A DNA stretch of 64,000 nucleotides, taken from positions 256,758 to 320,757 of the forward strand of contig JAHQWJ010000120.1 of NCBI GenBank assembly GCA_029856125.1, in the 5' to 3' direction. A program made the translations under genes and the position numbers. Of this stretch, positions 10,544 to 21,060 are shown one piece after another. The stretch comes from Promethearchaeia archaeon (lineage in GTDB: Archaea; Asgardarchaeota; Lokiarchaeia; Sigyniarchaeales; SOKP01). A model generated the notes under the pieces. That model did not search any database, was not told the DNA's origin, and saw nothing but the letters and a program-made list of their open reading frames with translations. Position 1 is the stretch's first letter, and each line of letters opens with the position of its first letter.

Positions 10544-10694
10544 CTAAGGATAGCGTTAAGTTAATACAACTTAATTTGAAATATTCACACTTGAAATTGA
10601 GAAACTGTAAACATGAATTCTTTATGATTTATAAAATACAAATTAAAATATCTTAATAAATAATAAAATGTAAAAACTTAAAGTGAAATTTTAA

Positions 10695-11198
10695 ATGACC
10701 AAATCAGAAGAGGGATTAAAAACAGCTTTTGCTGGTGAATCCCAAGCTAATAGGAAGTACTTGGCTTTTTCGAAAAAAGCTGAGCAAGAAGGCTTTCCCG
10801 GTGTAGCACGTTTATTCCACGCTGCTGCTGCCGCCGAAACGGTGCACGCTAATAATCACCTGCGAGTCTTAAAAGGCATCAAATCAACCGCTGAAAACTT
10901 AAAAGAAGCAATTGAAGGGGAATTTTCTGAGTTTACAAATATGTATCCCGAATTCATAGAAAATGCAAAAACTGATGGAAACCAAAGCGCTGAACGTTCT
11001 TTTAATTACGCTAATGATGTCGAAAAAGTACACCATAAATTATTCAAAAAAGCATTAGAGTTACTGGAAAATGGGAAAGATCTAGAAAACAAACCAATGT
11101 ATGTCTGTTCTGTTTGCGGATATACACAAGAAGGAAACCCTCCAGATACATGTCCCGTTTGTAATTCTCCTAAAAAGGTTTTTAATAAAATCGATTAG
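10695..11198 (+). CDS. rbr: Rubrerythrin
   Basis: AFAGESQANRKY, ETVHA, EKVH di-iron motifs; C-terminal CSVCG...CPVC rubredoxin site. Confidence 0.95.
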   Translation: MTKSEEGLKTAFAGESQANRKYLAFSKKAEQEGFPGVARLFHAAAAAETVHANNHLRVLKGIKSTAENLKEAIEGEFSEFTNMYPEFIENAKTDGNQSAERSFNYANDVEKVHHKLFKKALELLENGKDLENKPMYVCSVCGYTQEGNPPDTCPVCNSPKKVFNKID

Positions 11199-11214
11199 AA
11201 ACTTATCTTTTTTT

Positions 11215-12798
11215 TTAAATTGTCCAAGGCTTATAACCGCCCTGTATTTTACGGAAATAATCATCAATTGAGAATCCCAATTCCTTTTCAGCCCTGCGCA
11301 ACGCGCCCATAGTTGCTCCATAAGCGTAATACCGTAATAGTAATTCGGAAATAGAAGAATCACCTAAAGAGATAAGTGCCTGTAATCTCGCAGCGTTGAG
11401 TGTTCTTTTTATGTGTTTGAATTTAATTTTAATTGAAGATAAACGTCCTAATTCGTTTTCTAAGGTTTTAAATCTCTCCAATAAAATATTTAGATTTTCA
11501 GATAAATAATAATGGCATTCATTCTCATATGGGGTGTTTAATTTAGGAATAAATGGGTTTATATTTACTTTTAATTGATTTCTAGTAAAACCTAACTTTT
11601 CAATAGATTTTAAGAGAGTAACTATATCTAAAATATCGTCATCAGTTTCCTTAGGTAATCCAATTATAAAATAAAATTTTACATTTTTAATTTTGGACTC
11701 CCGAATCATTTCTATTGCGCGGAAAATTGAATCATTAGAAACTTTTTTGTTTAAGTCATATCTTAGCGAATCATTACCCGTTTCAGGAGCTATTGTAATT
11801 GTTTTTATATCGCTTCGCTCAAGGATTTGAATAATTTTGGGTGTGATATGTTCAATTCTTATTGAGGGTAAACTAAATCGTTTACTAGAGTTAAGTATAA
11901 ACTCACAGATTTCAGAAAATCGAGGATGTGAGGAGACACAGGAACCTATAAGGCTAAATTTTTCAAAATTTGAATAATTCAATCCATTTTTAATCGATTT
12001 AATAATTTCATCGAAACTTTTATTTCTGAAAGGGTAGTTATGAAAAGAAGATAAACAAAACTTACAGCGAAAGGGACACCCCCTATTTATTTCAACAAAA
12101 TAATTTTCTTCAAAAATCTTTTTTATATTATCACTTTTCGATAATAATTGGTATGTTGGAGTAGGTGATTGATCCAAATTTTCCAACACAGCACGATTTA
12201 CAGGATTATCTATACTTGGGATATAAATACCTTCAATTTCTGAAACTTTGTTAAAAAAATCTTCAGTAGAATAATTGTTGGTTTTAAATTCTAAAAATTT
12301 ATCAAAAAAATCTTTCAGGTTTGGCTCAGCATCTCCAATAAAAAAAAGATCAAACACTTTACTCATTGGTAAGGGATTAGAAGTTATAGCAGGACCACCA
12401 CCTATTATTAGAGGATAATGTTCTGAATTTCGAGATAAATTGCTTAATCGCTTCTTAGATTCCAAAGGAATTTGAGCTTTTTCCAAAATCCATAAGATGT
12501 TTTTGAAATTGTTTTCATAATGAACGGAAAATCCTAAAATATCAAAATCTGTAGGTAATAACGCATTTTCAATGCTTCGAATGCGATTGATAGGAGAGTA
12601 GTCGTCAGACGCGGGATATTTTATATTTTCTGGAAGGAAAAATCGTTCACAAGCATAATTTGGAATCGAATTTATCATAAAGTAGAGCAATCTAATAGAA
12701 TAAGAGGACATACCCATTTGATATGTATTTGGATAAATTAATCCAAACGATAAATCAATTTTTCTCCAATCTTTGATAATTATGTTTTCTTCAAACAT
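11215..12798 (-). CDS. Radical SAM protein (B12-binding-like N-terminal region)
   Basis: EINRGCPFRCKFC (CxxxCxxC); YPNTYQMGMSS and GGGP motifs. Confidence 0.9.
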   Translation of the reverse strand: MFEENIIIKDWRKIDLSFGLIYPNTYQMGMSSYSIRLLYFMINSIPNYACERFFLPENIKYPASDDYSPINRIRSIENALLPTDFDILGFSVHYENNFKNILWILEKAQIPLESKKRLSNLSRNSEHYPLIIGGGPAITSNPLPMSKVFDLFFIGDAEPNLKDFFDKFLEFKTNNYSTEDFFNKVSEIEGIYIPSIDNPVNRAVLENLDQSPTPTYQLLSKSDNIKKIFEENYFVEINRGCPFRCKFCLSSFHNYPFRNKSFDEIIKSIKNGLNYSNFEKFSLIGSCVSSHPRFSEICEFILNSSKRFSLPSIRIEHITPKIIQILERSDIKTITIAPETGNDSLRYDLNKKVSNDSIFRAIEMIRESKIKNVKFYFIIGLPKETDDDILDIVTLLKSIEKLGFTRNQLKVNINPFIPKLNTPYENECHYYLSENLNILLERFKTLENELGRLSSIKIKFKHIKRTLNAARLQALISLGDSSISELLLRYYAYGATMGALRRAEKELGFSIDDYFRKIQGGYKPWTI

Positions 12799-12834
12799 AC
12801 AGAAATTACCATAATTCGTTAGAACATTGTATGA

Positions 12835-13635
12835 TCAAGAATCTAGCTCCCGTCCTTTTAATAATTTCTTAATTTCTCCAACAATTAAAGGTAAAACTCT
12901 CCCAATTTTATGGTTAATTACAACCTCTGCTTTCTCATCTAAGTCTGTTCTCTCATCATTTACTATTATTAACTTTCCCTTTTCTCTTAATGTATATAAC
13001 GGTAAATCACACACAGGAGCAACTGAAAGGGAAGACCCTGCAATTAACATTACATCCGCTTTCTGAGCTAAAGCTTGAGATTGGTACATCTCGAACCGGG
13101 GTGGAGCTTCACCGAACAAAACAACAGAGGGTTTAAGGGGAGAAGCGCAATAATCACATGAAGGTCCTGTTTTCTTCTCTTTTTTTAATTTTCGAAAGAT
13201 TTGTTCTTTTGTATATGATGCTCTACATCCAAAGCAAGTAAACCTATTGACGCTTCCGTGGATTTCATAAACTATTACAGAACCAGACTGTTGATGAAGT
13301 TCATCTATATTTTGAGTGATTACTGCTTTCAATATACCCAAATCTTCGAGCTCTGCAAGAGCGTAATGCCCTAAATTCGGTTTTGCTCTAAATATATTTG
13401 GAGCAATCTTTTTAGCCATTTCCCAGAATTTAGTTGGATTTTTAAGAAACGATTGTATGTTTCCATAAATTTCTGGCTTGTATTTTTCCCAAAGGCCTCC
13501 CTCGCTTCTAAAATCCGGGATGCCTGATTCTGTAGAGATTCCCGCCCCAGTTAACGCTATAGCTTCTTTTGAATTAAAAAGTAAATTTGCTGCTTGCTGA
13601 ATTTTCTTTTTTTCAAGTAAATTAATAATTTTCAT
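12835..13635 (-). CDS. cobB: NAD-dependent protein deacylase (Sir2 family)
   Basis: TGAGISTESGIPDFR, TQNIDELH, HGS, Zn cysteines, GSSLSV. Confidence 0.95.
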   Translation of the reverse strand: MKIINLLEKKKIQQAANLLFNSKEAIALTGAGISTESGIPDFRSEGGLWEKYKPEIYGNIQSFLKNPTKFWEMAKKIAPNIFRAKPNLGHYALAELEDLGILKAVITQNIDELHQQSGSVIVYEIHGSVNRFTCFGCRASYTKEQIFRKLKKEKKTGPSCDYCASPLKPSVVLFGEAPPRFEMYQSQALAQKADVMLIAGSSLSVAPVCDLPLYTLREKGKLIIVNDERTDLDEKAEVVINHKIGRVLPLIVGEIKKLLKGRELDS

Positions 13636-13895
13636 GTACTTTGGTTAGAATTTCTAGATTAAGAATTGAATATAGATACGATGTTCTAATGGCTCGATTA
13701 TTTTTATAATATTTTTAGAAATTATTAAAAGTTACTTGTTATAAACGTACAGAAAAACTATAAAATTCCTAAAATTAAAATATCTCTTATATATTCTTTT
13801 ATTTAAACTTGATTCAAAGGAAAAGAATTATATTTTTCGTTAATTTAAATTCTTTAAGGGATATTTTAAGTGATAAACTATTGTTTCTTTAGAAA

Positions 13896-14783
13896 ATGAT
13901 TACTGGTTTCTCTATAATCTTAGATGATGATGTGTTATATGTTTCAAATGAAAATAAGTATCCTACATTTGAAATAGTATTATTTGTCAAGAAGTTAATA
14001 AGTAGTCTTAATCCTAAAAATTTTTGGCGTTTAACTAATATCTATTTCGAAGGAGAGACTGGTAAAGAACGAATGATAATAAAGCACATAGTCACAGAGA
14101 ATGATCAAAACCTATTTTTTTGTATAACAGGTGATTTCCTTTCTAATTCTGAAGAAATTTCTAAACTCATGGCAGAATATTACGAAAAAGTTACATTGAA
14201 CTATGAAACTGTAGAATTTATTCAAAAAGCCTCAAAAAATTCCGAATTCTCAAAAATTATCAAGCTCATTACTGCTTATCTATGGGATAAATATCGAGAA
14301 CCATTGGAAGATGAAAATATAGATTTAAAATGTTCTGATACAGAAAATAAAATAATATACTGTGGGATTTCTTCTCAGGGATTGCCAATTATTTCACAAT
14401 TATACGACAAAACGCTTCTACACAACTTTCATAGAGAAATTACAGGTGAAAATATAGAATTGCTTAGCTCAAATATTTCAGCTAATTTAGCTACGATAGC
14501 TATGAATACTCAAATCAGAGCTAAAACTAATATTAAAGAAGTTCATTTTGATGATTTAGGGGAAAATGGATGCAAGAAAATAATTCTCTATAGTAATATT
14601 AACGAATATTCCTTAGATTTCATTGCTTCTGGGGATTTTGTTAAAATTAAGGAAATTTTCAAACAATTAGAAGATAATTTCTCTCAAGAACAAGTTTTAA
14701 AGAAGGAGTTCATGGGTGATTTAAAACCATATAGATATTTAAAAACCCACCTCGATGATATGATCCTTCAATTTGATCAATAA
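13896..14783 (+). CDS. Putative tandem longin-like domain protein
   Basis: Two ~140-aa beta-hairpin/helix units (MITGFSIILDDDVLY; IIYCGISSQGLPIISQLY...LLSSNISANLATI) resembling longin folds. Confidence 0.5.
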   Translation: MITGFSIILDDDVLYVSNENKYPTFEIVLFVKKLISSLNPKNFWRLTNIYFEGETGKERMIIKHIVTENDQNLFFCITGDFLSNSEEISKLMAEYYEKVTLNYETVEFIQKASKNSEFSKIIKLITAYLWDKYREPLEDENIDLKCSDTENKIIYCGISSQGLPIISQLYDKTLLHNFHREITGENIELLSSNISANLATIAMNTQIRAKTNIKEVHFDDLGENGCKKIILYSNINEYSLDFIASGDFVKIKEIFKQLEDNFSQEQVLKKEFMGDLKPYRYLKTHLDDMILQFDQ

Positions 14784-14814
14784 TTCCTAAATAAAATGTT
14801 TCTTTCTTATTCTT

Positions 14815-16104
14815 ATGAAGGCTGTTATTTTAGCAGCAGGAAAAGGTAGCCGGCTTAATCCCATCACATCTACGGTACCAAAACCAATGATTCCTATTGG
14901 AGGTAAACCATTATTAGAACACGCTTTATTAAACTTAAGAGATATAGGTGTTCAAGAAATTTTAATAATCGTCGGATACAAGGAAGAAATTATAAAGAAT
15001 TATTTTGGTAATGGACTATCAAAATTCAAAGTTAAGATCCAATATACTACACAATTAGAACACTTAGGAACAGCTCACGCTGTTGGTTTTGCTAAAGATT
15101 TCGTAGGGGATGATGATTTTTTCCTAATGTATGGTGATTTATTAACAGATCCACAAGTATTTAAAGACATTTTAGAGATTTACCAGAAAAGTAGCTGCGA
15201 AGGATTAATTTCATTATTTGAAGTCAACAATCCTCAAGAGTATGGGATTATTTCATTGAGCAATGAAGGATATGTTGAAAAAATATCTGAAAAACCTTCT
15301 ATAGATTTAAATCTTGGTAATCTAGCGAATGCTGGAATATTCATCTTTAATCCTTTAATATTCGAAGCTATAGAATTAACAGAGTTATCTGTACGAAATG
15401 AATATGAGTTTACTGATTCAATGCAAATTTTGATTAACCAGTTAAAGGGAAAAATTAAAGGGTATATTATAAAGGATTTATTCTGGAGTGATATAGGATT
15501 ACCTTGGCATCTTTTAGACGCAAATGAATTTATATTAAAAAGATTGAAATCCAGTTTGGAAGGAAAAATTGAAGAAAATGTAAATGTGTCAGGTAATGTT
15601 TTCATCGGCAAAAATACATTAGTTAAATCAGGTTCTTACATTCAAGGACCTTGTTATATTGGAGAAAAATCCTTAATTGGCCCAAATGCATACATACGGC
15701 CATACACCTACATCGGTAATAATTGTCACATTGGAATGTCTGAGGTTAAGAATTCGTTAATTTTCTCAAATACCTCTATTCCTCATTTCAATTATATTGG
15801 CGATTCTATTATATGTGAAAATGTTAATCTCGGGGCAGGTACAAAAATATCCAACCTAAGATTTGATAATAAGAGTATATCGATGATTATCAAAGGAAAA
15901 TCCATCAATTCAGGGAGAAGAAAATTAGGTGCTATTATTGGACCAAACACGCAAACGGGAATTAATTCCAGCATAATGTGTGGCAAAAAAATCGGGCGAG
16001 ATTCGATAATAGGTGCTCATACAATTGTAAACGAAGATATTCCGTCTAATACTTTATACTACCAAAATGAAAACGGGATAATAAAAAAAGCTAGAAAAAC
16101 ATGA
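14815..16104 (+). CDS. glmU: Bifunctional sugar-1-phosphate nucleotidylyltransferase/acetyltransferase (archaeal GlmU)
   Basis: MKAVILAAGKGSRL...PKPM nucleotidyltransferase motif; C-terminal hexapeptide repeats, HFNYIGDS, NLGAGT. Confidence 0.9.
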   Translation: MKAVILAAGKGSRLNPITSTVPKPMIPIGGKPLLEHALLNLRDIGVQEILIIVGYKEEIIKNYFGNGLSKFKVKIQYTTQLEHLGTAHAVGFAKDFVGDDDFFLMYGDLLTDPQVFKDILEIYQKSSCEGLISLFEVNNPQEYGIISLSNEGYVEKISEKPSIDLNLGNLANAGIFIFNPLIFEAIELTELSVRNEYEFTDSMQILINQLKGKIKGYIIKDLFWSDIGLPWHLLDANEFILKRLKSSLEGKIEENVNVSGNVFIGKNTLVKSGSYIQGPCYIGEKSLIGPNAYIRPYTYIGNNCHIGMSEVKNSLIFSNTSIPHFNYIGDSIICENVNLGAGTKISNLRFDNKSISMIIKGKSINSGRRKLGAIIGPNTQTGINSSIMCGKKIGRDSIIGAHTIVNEDIPSNTLYYQNENGIIKKARKT

Positions 16105-16130
16105 AATAATTAGATTTAAAAATCCTAAAT

Positions 16131-16862
16131 TTAAGCCTTAGTAAGCTTCCTAACGCTAATTCTTTCAGTTCTCCTTATGTCACTCTTTCGAGATCGCTTG
16201 ACATCAACTTCGACTACCTCAAAGTCTTCATCTTTAGTTACGAATTCTGTATCCTCGCCTCCCTCTGGAACGCTTACCAATTTACATTTAATGATTGCAC
16301 AGTTCGATAGTGGATAAATGGTTTTCGCAATTCTTACGATTTGATTGGTAAATTCTTTATAAATCATTCCAGTAATGAACTTTTCATGGTTTAATGTTTT
16401 TGCGAATTCTATCAAAATTTCTCTCATGATTTTACGAATTATAATTTGTTGCGAACTTCGGGCTCGGGCTATAGTAGTGCATATAATCGTTAACCTATAG
16501 ACATATTCGTCTTTAGTAGTAAGATTAATTATGGTTTGAATCTTCGAGCTTCCTCTTCCGATCAAGGATCTAACATAATCGTTAGTATATGAATGCCCTA
16601 AAAATATAGATTGTGCTTGCTTTGCTTCTTGATTAACTTGTACTACTTTGAATTTCAATTTTAGACTTACATCTTCGTAACGGTTTGAAAAATCATATAG
16701 TAAGGCTTCAATGGTTCTTCCGTTAAGGTTATTTTCCATTCCGATTATTTCGCCAATAGGTTTAAAGTTGAAGCTTTTTGGGGCGATGACATTATACCAT
16801 TCTTTATCTTTGAATGAAACTCTCCTTAATTTTGACTTCTTTTTTTTTGCTTTCTGACTCAT
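16131..16862 (-). CDS. rps3ae: 30S ribosomal protein S3Ae (eS1)
   Basis: KEWYNVIAPKSF...GRTIE...DYVRSL...KTIYPL. Confidence 0.95.
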   Translation of the reverse strand: MSQKAKKKKSKLRRVSFKDKEWYNVIAPKSFNFKPIGEIIGMENNLNGRTIEALLYDFSNRYEDVSLKLKFKVVQVNQEAKQAQSIFLGHSYTNDYVRSLIGRGSSKIQTIINLTTKDEYVYRLTIICTTIARARSSQQIIIRKIMREILIEFAKTLNHEKFITGMIYKEFTNQIVRIAKTIYPLSNCAIIKCKLVSVPEGGEDTEFVTKDEDFEVVEVDVKRSRKSDIRRTERISVRKLTKA

Positions 16863-16870
16863 ACCTTAGT

Positions 16871-17329
16871 CTACCTCATCACGATTGTCCTAATTTTATC
16901 CGGGTCGTACTTAAAATCACTTGCTAGTACTTTTTTACTCTTGTAATACTTGATAAGTCTGTAAATCTTGCTTTCTGTACGTTGTAACCCCTTTTTCGAA
17001 TCTAAATCTTTATGGTTTGTCTCCAGATGTTTTCTTAATATAAGCGCTTTTTTAACTAAATTAGTTAAGTCTTCTGGTAGAGGAGTTTCAATATCTTTTT
17101 CTTTAAGAATTTGTGAAATTGATTTGCCGGTGACTACTTTTATTAAAGGGATGCCATAAGAATCTCTTAATATCACACCTATTAGGGATTGAGAAAAACC
17201 CTTCCTAGCAAGTTTAATGACCTCGTTTTCTACTTCTTCAGAAGAAAGTTCTACCCACACAGGTTTTTCTAATCTAGCCGGGCGTGTACTTCCAGACTTC
17301 CCTTTCTTTCTTGAGTGCATTCGAGCCAT
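16871..17329 (-). CDS. rps15: 30S ribosomal protein S15 (uS15)
   Basis: MARMHSRKKGKSGS...ILRDSYGIP...LPEDL...ESKIYRLIKYYK. Confidence 0.97.
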   Translation of the reverse strand: MARMHSRKKGKSGSTRPARLEKPVWVELSSEEVENEVIKLARKGFSQSLIGVILRDSYGIPLIKVVTGKSISQILKEKDIETPLPEDLTNLVKKALILRKHLETNHKDLDSKKGLQRTESKIYRLIKYYKSKKVLASDFKYDPDKIRTIVMR

Positions 17330-17470
17330 TTTTTGCGTCCTACTTTATGAATAATTTAATAATAGTAATTTTATAGATGAACAATATAAAGAATCATGTA
17401 AATTAAAATTTTTGAATTTAATAATTAAAACCTTATTAATCTAAATATATCATAGGAAATTATTGTAATT

Positions 17471-18058
17471 ATGAAATATGAAAAAGAAATAATTTATTTT
17501 ATTACTGGGAATAATCATAAATTTAAGGAAATTGCAAAATTGTTCCAAAAGGAAGAATTAGAATACGATTTAAAGCAGAAAACCGCTGCAACTATTGAAG
17601 TTCAAGCATCTAGTATTAAAGAAGTCGCTCTCTTTAAACTTAAAAGTGTAAAAACAAATTTTAATAACTCTTATTTTGTTGAGGATGCGGGGTTTTTTAT
17701 TGATGTTCCTCTCAAAGGATTCCCAGGAGTATATTCCAAGTTTGTATTAAATACTATCGGTAACAAAGGTATACTGAACCTCATTAGCGATTATTTAAAC
17801 ACCGCTGCTCATTTTGAAGCAGTAATAGCTCTATATTTTCAACCATTAGATAAAATATTTACCTTTGAGGGATCAGTTGAGGGAAAAGTTTCAAAAGAGA
17901 TCAAAGGTACAAATGGATTTGGTTATGATCCTATTTTTATTCCTAATGAACTGCCTAATAATACTTTTGGTGAATTATCTACGGAAGAAAAAAATTCTAT
18001 TTCACACAGAGCGAAAGCTTGGCAAAAGCTGTTAACTTTTCTCAGGGCGCACCAGTAA
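17471..18058 (+). CDS. rdgB: Non-canonical purine NTP pyrophosphatase (RdgB/Ham1)
   Basis: TGNNHK, EDAG, GFPGVYSK, GFGYDPIF, EKNSISHR. Confidence 0.95.
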   Translation: MKYEKEIIYFITGNNHKFKEIAKLFQKEELEYDLKQKTAATIEVQASSIKEVALFKLKSVKTNFNNSYFVEDAGFFIDVPLKGFPGVYSKFVLNTIGNKGILNLISDYLNTAAHFEAVIALYFQPLDKIFTFEGSVEGKVSKEIKGTNGFGYDPIFIPNELPNNTFGELSTEEKNSISHRAKAWQKLLTFLRAHQ

Positions 18059-18063
18059 TTATT

Positions 18064-21030
18064 TTAAAAAGTTTGACGGAATATATCCATTACAGATTGT
18101 CTACTTAGTTTGATGAGGATTAAATACATCCCCAAAATCCCGAAGAAAATGGATAGGGAGAACACTCTAAACAAGACATCCAAAGGGATTGAGAATACAA
18201 TAGGCATTTCTGTCAAAAGTCCTAAATTCGTTTCCATTAAGTAAGCACAAAAGGTACCGATTAAAGTCCCCATCGTTCCGCTACTCAACATAATAATTAA
18301 ACTTTCAATCAAGAAGAGATTCCTTACGTTTCTTGTTTTCATACCCATAGACCTTAGAATGCCAATTTCAAATTTTCTCTCCATCATTACTGCGTACATT
18401 GTGCTTACTAAACCAAAGATTGCTATAACAATTGCAAACCAAAGAACAACTTCCATTAAACTGCTTTGTCGATCAAACATAGATTGCATCATATTTACTT
18501 TTGTTATTGCGTCGTCAAGAAAATAATCTTTCCCTGTAGAAATATCTCGTATCTCATCTTTAGTATCTTCAATTATGGTTTCGGAATCATCTTCAAGCTT
18601 AATAAAAGCTTTATCAACAATCATTTTTGGGTCCCATTGATTTTTAACATCCATTAACCTCATGTAGTTTTCTAAAGAAACCATAATGCCTCCACCTTCA
18701 GCAGAAGCTTCTGTAGTTCTAAAGTTAAAAAATCCTGGCATTCCTCCGGAAATACCAACAACACGGAATAGAGTAATATTTCCAGGATCGTTCGGAATTT
18801 GAGGGTTGAAAAAAGTTAATCGAATGTATTCACCGACATCATCGATGCCGAAAACAGTCGCAAGAGACTTAGCAATGATGCATGTATTATTTTCGTTAAA
18901 CAATTGACTAAATGAATAATTAAATCCGCTCCGTGGACTGCTCCAAATCATCAAATCATTATCCATTAATTTATAATAATTCCTCTCAATACCAATAAAC
19001 CCGACCTCTAAATTGTCGAAATTTGCTATATCTCCGCCTTTTACTTGATATTTTTCTTCCGCTTGTTCAGTGTAAAATTCAAAGATGTTTATAAAAGCAT
19101 CATTAATAGAGTCCTCGTCAAAACCGCCTCCACTCTGGCTAAAGTCGAATAAAATCGATAAAACAGACGTTATATCAAACATGTTATATAATGACATAGC
19201 GATTTCATCTATTCCATCAATAGTTTTTAGGTCTTCAATCGTATTGAGCGTAATTGCGTTAGTTTCGGGATTTACTCCTTGATTAATTAAAACTAAATCG
19301 GATCCATATTGAAATTTTAAATTAGTTGCCAAGTTCTGCGATTCCATCTCGGAAACGCTAGTGATAAAGAAAATGAAAGAAAAACTTATCGCAAACATCA
19401 CAATTGTGCTTGTGTTCCTCCTCCTGTTTCTTTTTAGCGATATTTTAATAATATGAGCATACTTCTTAATGAATGGCGTGAAAGCTCCAATTAATAGGCT
19501 TTGTATGATTGGTATAACCCCTACTGATGCGAAGACCAACCCAATTAATATAGCCGCAATAAGTCCAATAAATAGACCGGCAATCATCATCATATCACCC
19601 GACACGAATATGCTTGGTAACAAGATAAACACTAGCATACCGATAGTAGCAAGTGCTGAGCCCATTAGAAAATTTCTAACATTCATACTTCCCTCTTTCT
19701 TTACCTCCCACCCTTCTTCTTTCTTGTGAAACGGCGTAATTGACTTAATAATATCAATTTTGGCAGTTTTTAAGGCAGGGATTAAAGAAATTACTAAAGA
19801 AACTATAGATCCTATGGAAAATGCTAAAATAACTGTTTGAGGTTGAATAACAAAGTCCATATTCTGTAGGGGAAAGTCTGTCAAAACGAAGAGTGCGCCC
19901 ACAACTGGCGGTGTTCCGATAAGACCTACGATTATCCCTATAATAGATCCTACCACTCCAATCATTACACCTTCAAAAACTACCATTTTTACAGGAAACA
20001 TTTTCTTTCCTCCTACAACTCTTAAGATTCCATATTCTCTAATTCTTTCTTCTGTAGATGTAGAAAGAATAGAATTTATTAAAATACCTGTAATAAGCAT
20101 AGAAATAATCGTAATAAACCAAAAAATAATTGTCATACCCATTAGTAAAAACTGTTGAGCACTTATTTCCTGTAATTTCGGCATTGCTACGGTGTAAGCA
20201 TTAGGATCTAGTCTTTGTTGAATTCGCGTACCTATTTCCCTAATTTGTCGTTTAGTGAAATCAATATCGCTAACAACGTAAATTGATTGTGGATTTTTAA
20301 TGGTGCCCATTATTAAGTTAATCTCTCCTTCGCGCTGCATAAATGATTGAGCTTGTTCTAGATTTACGATAATTAATGCGTTTTCTAATTCAGTAAATTT
20401 TAAGTCTTGTTCGCAGATAGCCACAACCTCGACATCTAAAGAATATTGCTGATAATTCATGTGGATTAAATCTCCGATACTCACATTTAGAAGCTCTGCA
20501 ACTTTCCATAAAATAACACATTCTCCCATATTTGGTTCGGCAACATAATTACTTCCCGTTTCAGTACCATTCTGATCTACCAAGTTTAAATATCCCATTT
20601 CTCCATTATTAACTTCTTTTAAGAAATCGATTCCATAAACTTGTAACGAACCATTCGAATCAGTATTATCAGAAGATACTTTCACAAGCATCATAATTCG
20701 TGGAAATAACTCATCCACACCCTCAATATCTGATAATTCATTATCTATTAGTGATTCATCAAAAAAAGGATCAAATGTTAAATCTGTATTTACGGCTTTA
20801 GATATTAGTATATCGGAGCTTCCAGTGGTACTCGTTATAATCCCCATATAATTATAAGACATTGAATCGTTTATCATACCGATTGCGGTGAGAAGAATTA
20901 TTGAAATTGTAATTCCGCTCAACCCAAACAAAACTTTTGCTCGATCTTTTTTTATGTTTAACCAAGATTGTTGTAAAAATTGGATTCTGAGTTTTAACCT
21001 TAATTTATATAATATATTTTGTATACTCAC
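18064..21030 (-). CDS. ABC transporter permease, tandem MacB/FtsX type
   Basis: Two FtsX modules (EERIREYGILRVVG; MERKFEIGILRSMGM), each with a large extracytoplasmic domain. Confidence 0.9.
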   Translation of the reverse strand: MSIQNILYKLRLKLRIQFLQQSWLNIKKDRAKVLFGLSGITISIILLTAIGMINDSMSYNYMGIITSTTGSSDILISKAVNTDLTFDPFFDESLIDNELSDIEGVDELFPRIMMLVKVSSDNTDSNGSLQVYGIDFLKEVNNGEMGYLNLVDQNGTETGSNYVAEPNMGECVILWKVAELLNVSIGDLIHMNYQQYSLDVEVVAICEQDLKFTELENALIIVNLEQAQSFMQREGEINLIMGTIKNPQSIYVVSDIDFTKRQIREIGTRIQQRLDPNAYTVAMPKLQEISAQQFLLMGMTIIFWFITIISMLITGILINSILSTSTEERIREYGILRVVGGKKMFPVKMVVFEGVMIGVVGSIIGIIVGLIGTPPVVGALFVLTDFPLQNMDFVIQPQTVILAFSIGSIVSLVISLIPALKTAKIDIIKSITPFHKKEEGWEVKKEGSMNVRNFLMGSALATIGMLVFILLPSIFVSGDMMMIAGLFIGLIAAILIGLVFASVGVIPIIQSLLIGAFTPFIKKYAHIIKISLKRNRRRNTSTIVMFAISFSFIFFITSVSEMESQNLATNLKFQYGSDLVLINQGVNPETNAITLNTIEDLKTIDGIDEIAMSLYNMFDITSVLSILFDFSQSGGGFDEDSINDAFINIFEFYTEQAEEKYQVKGGDIANFDNLEVGFIGIERNYYKLMDNDLMIWSSPRSGFNYSFSQLFNENNTCIIAKSLATVFGIDDVGEYIRLTFFNPQIPNDPGNITLFRVVGISGGMPGFFNFRTTEASAEGGGIMVSLENYMRLMDVKNQWDPKMIVDKAFIKLEDDSETIIEDTKDEIRDISTGKDYFLDDAITKVNMMQSMFDRQSSLMEVVLWFAIVIAIFGLVSTMYAVMMERKFEIGILRSMGMKTRNVRNLFLIESLIIMLSSGTMGTLIGTFCAYLMETNLGLLTEMPIVFSIPLDVLFRVFSLSIFFGILGMYLILIKLSRQSVMDIFRQTF

Positions 21031-21060
21031 TTTATCACGCTTTACTTTCGATTGTGTTAA

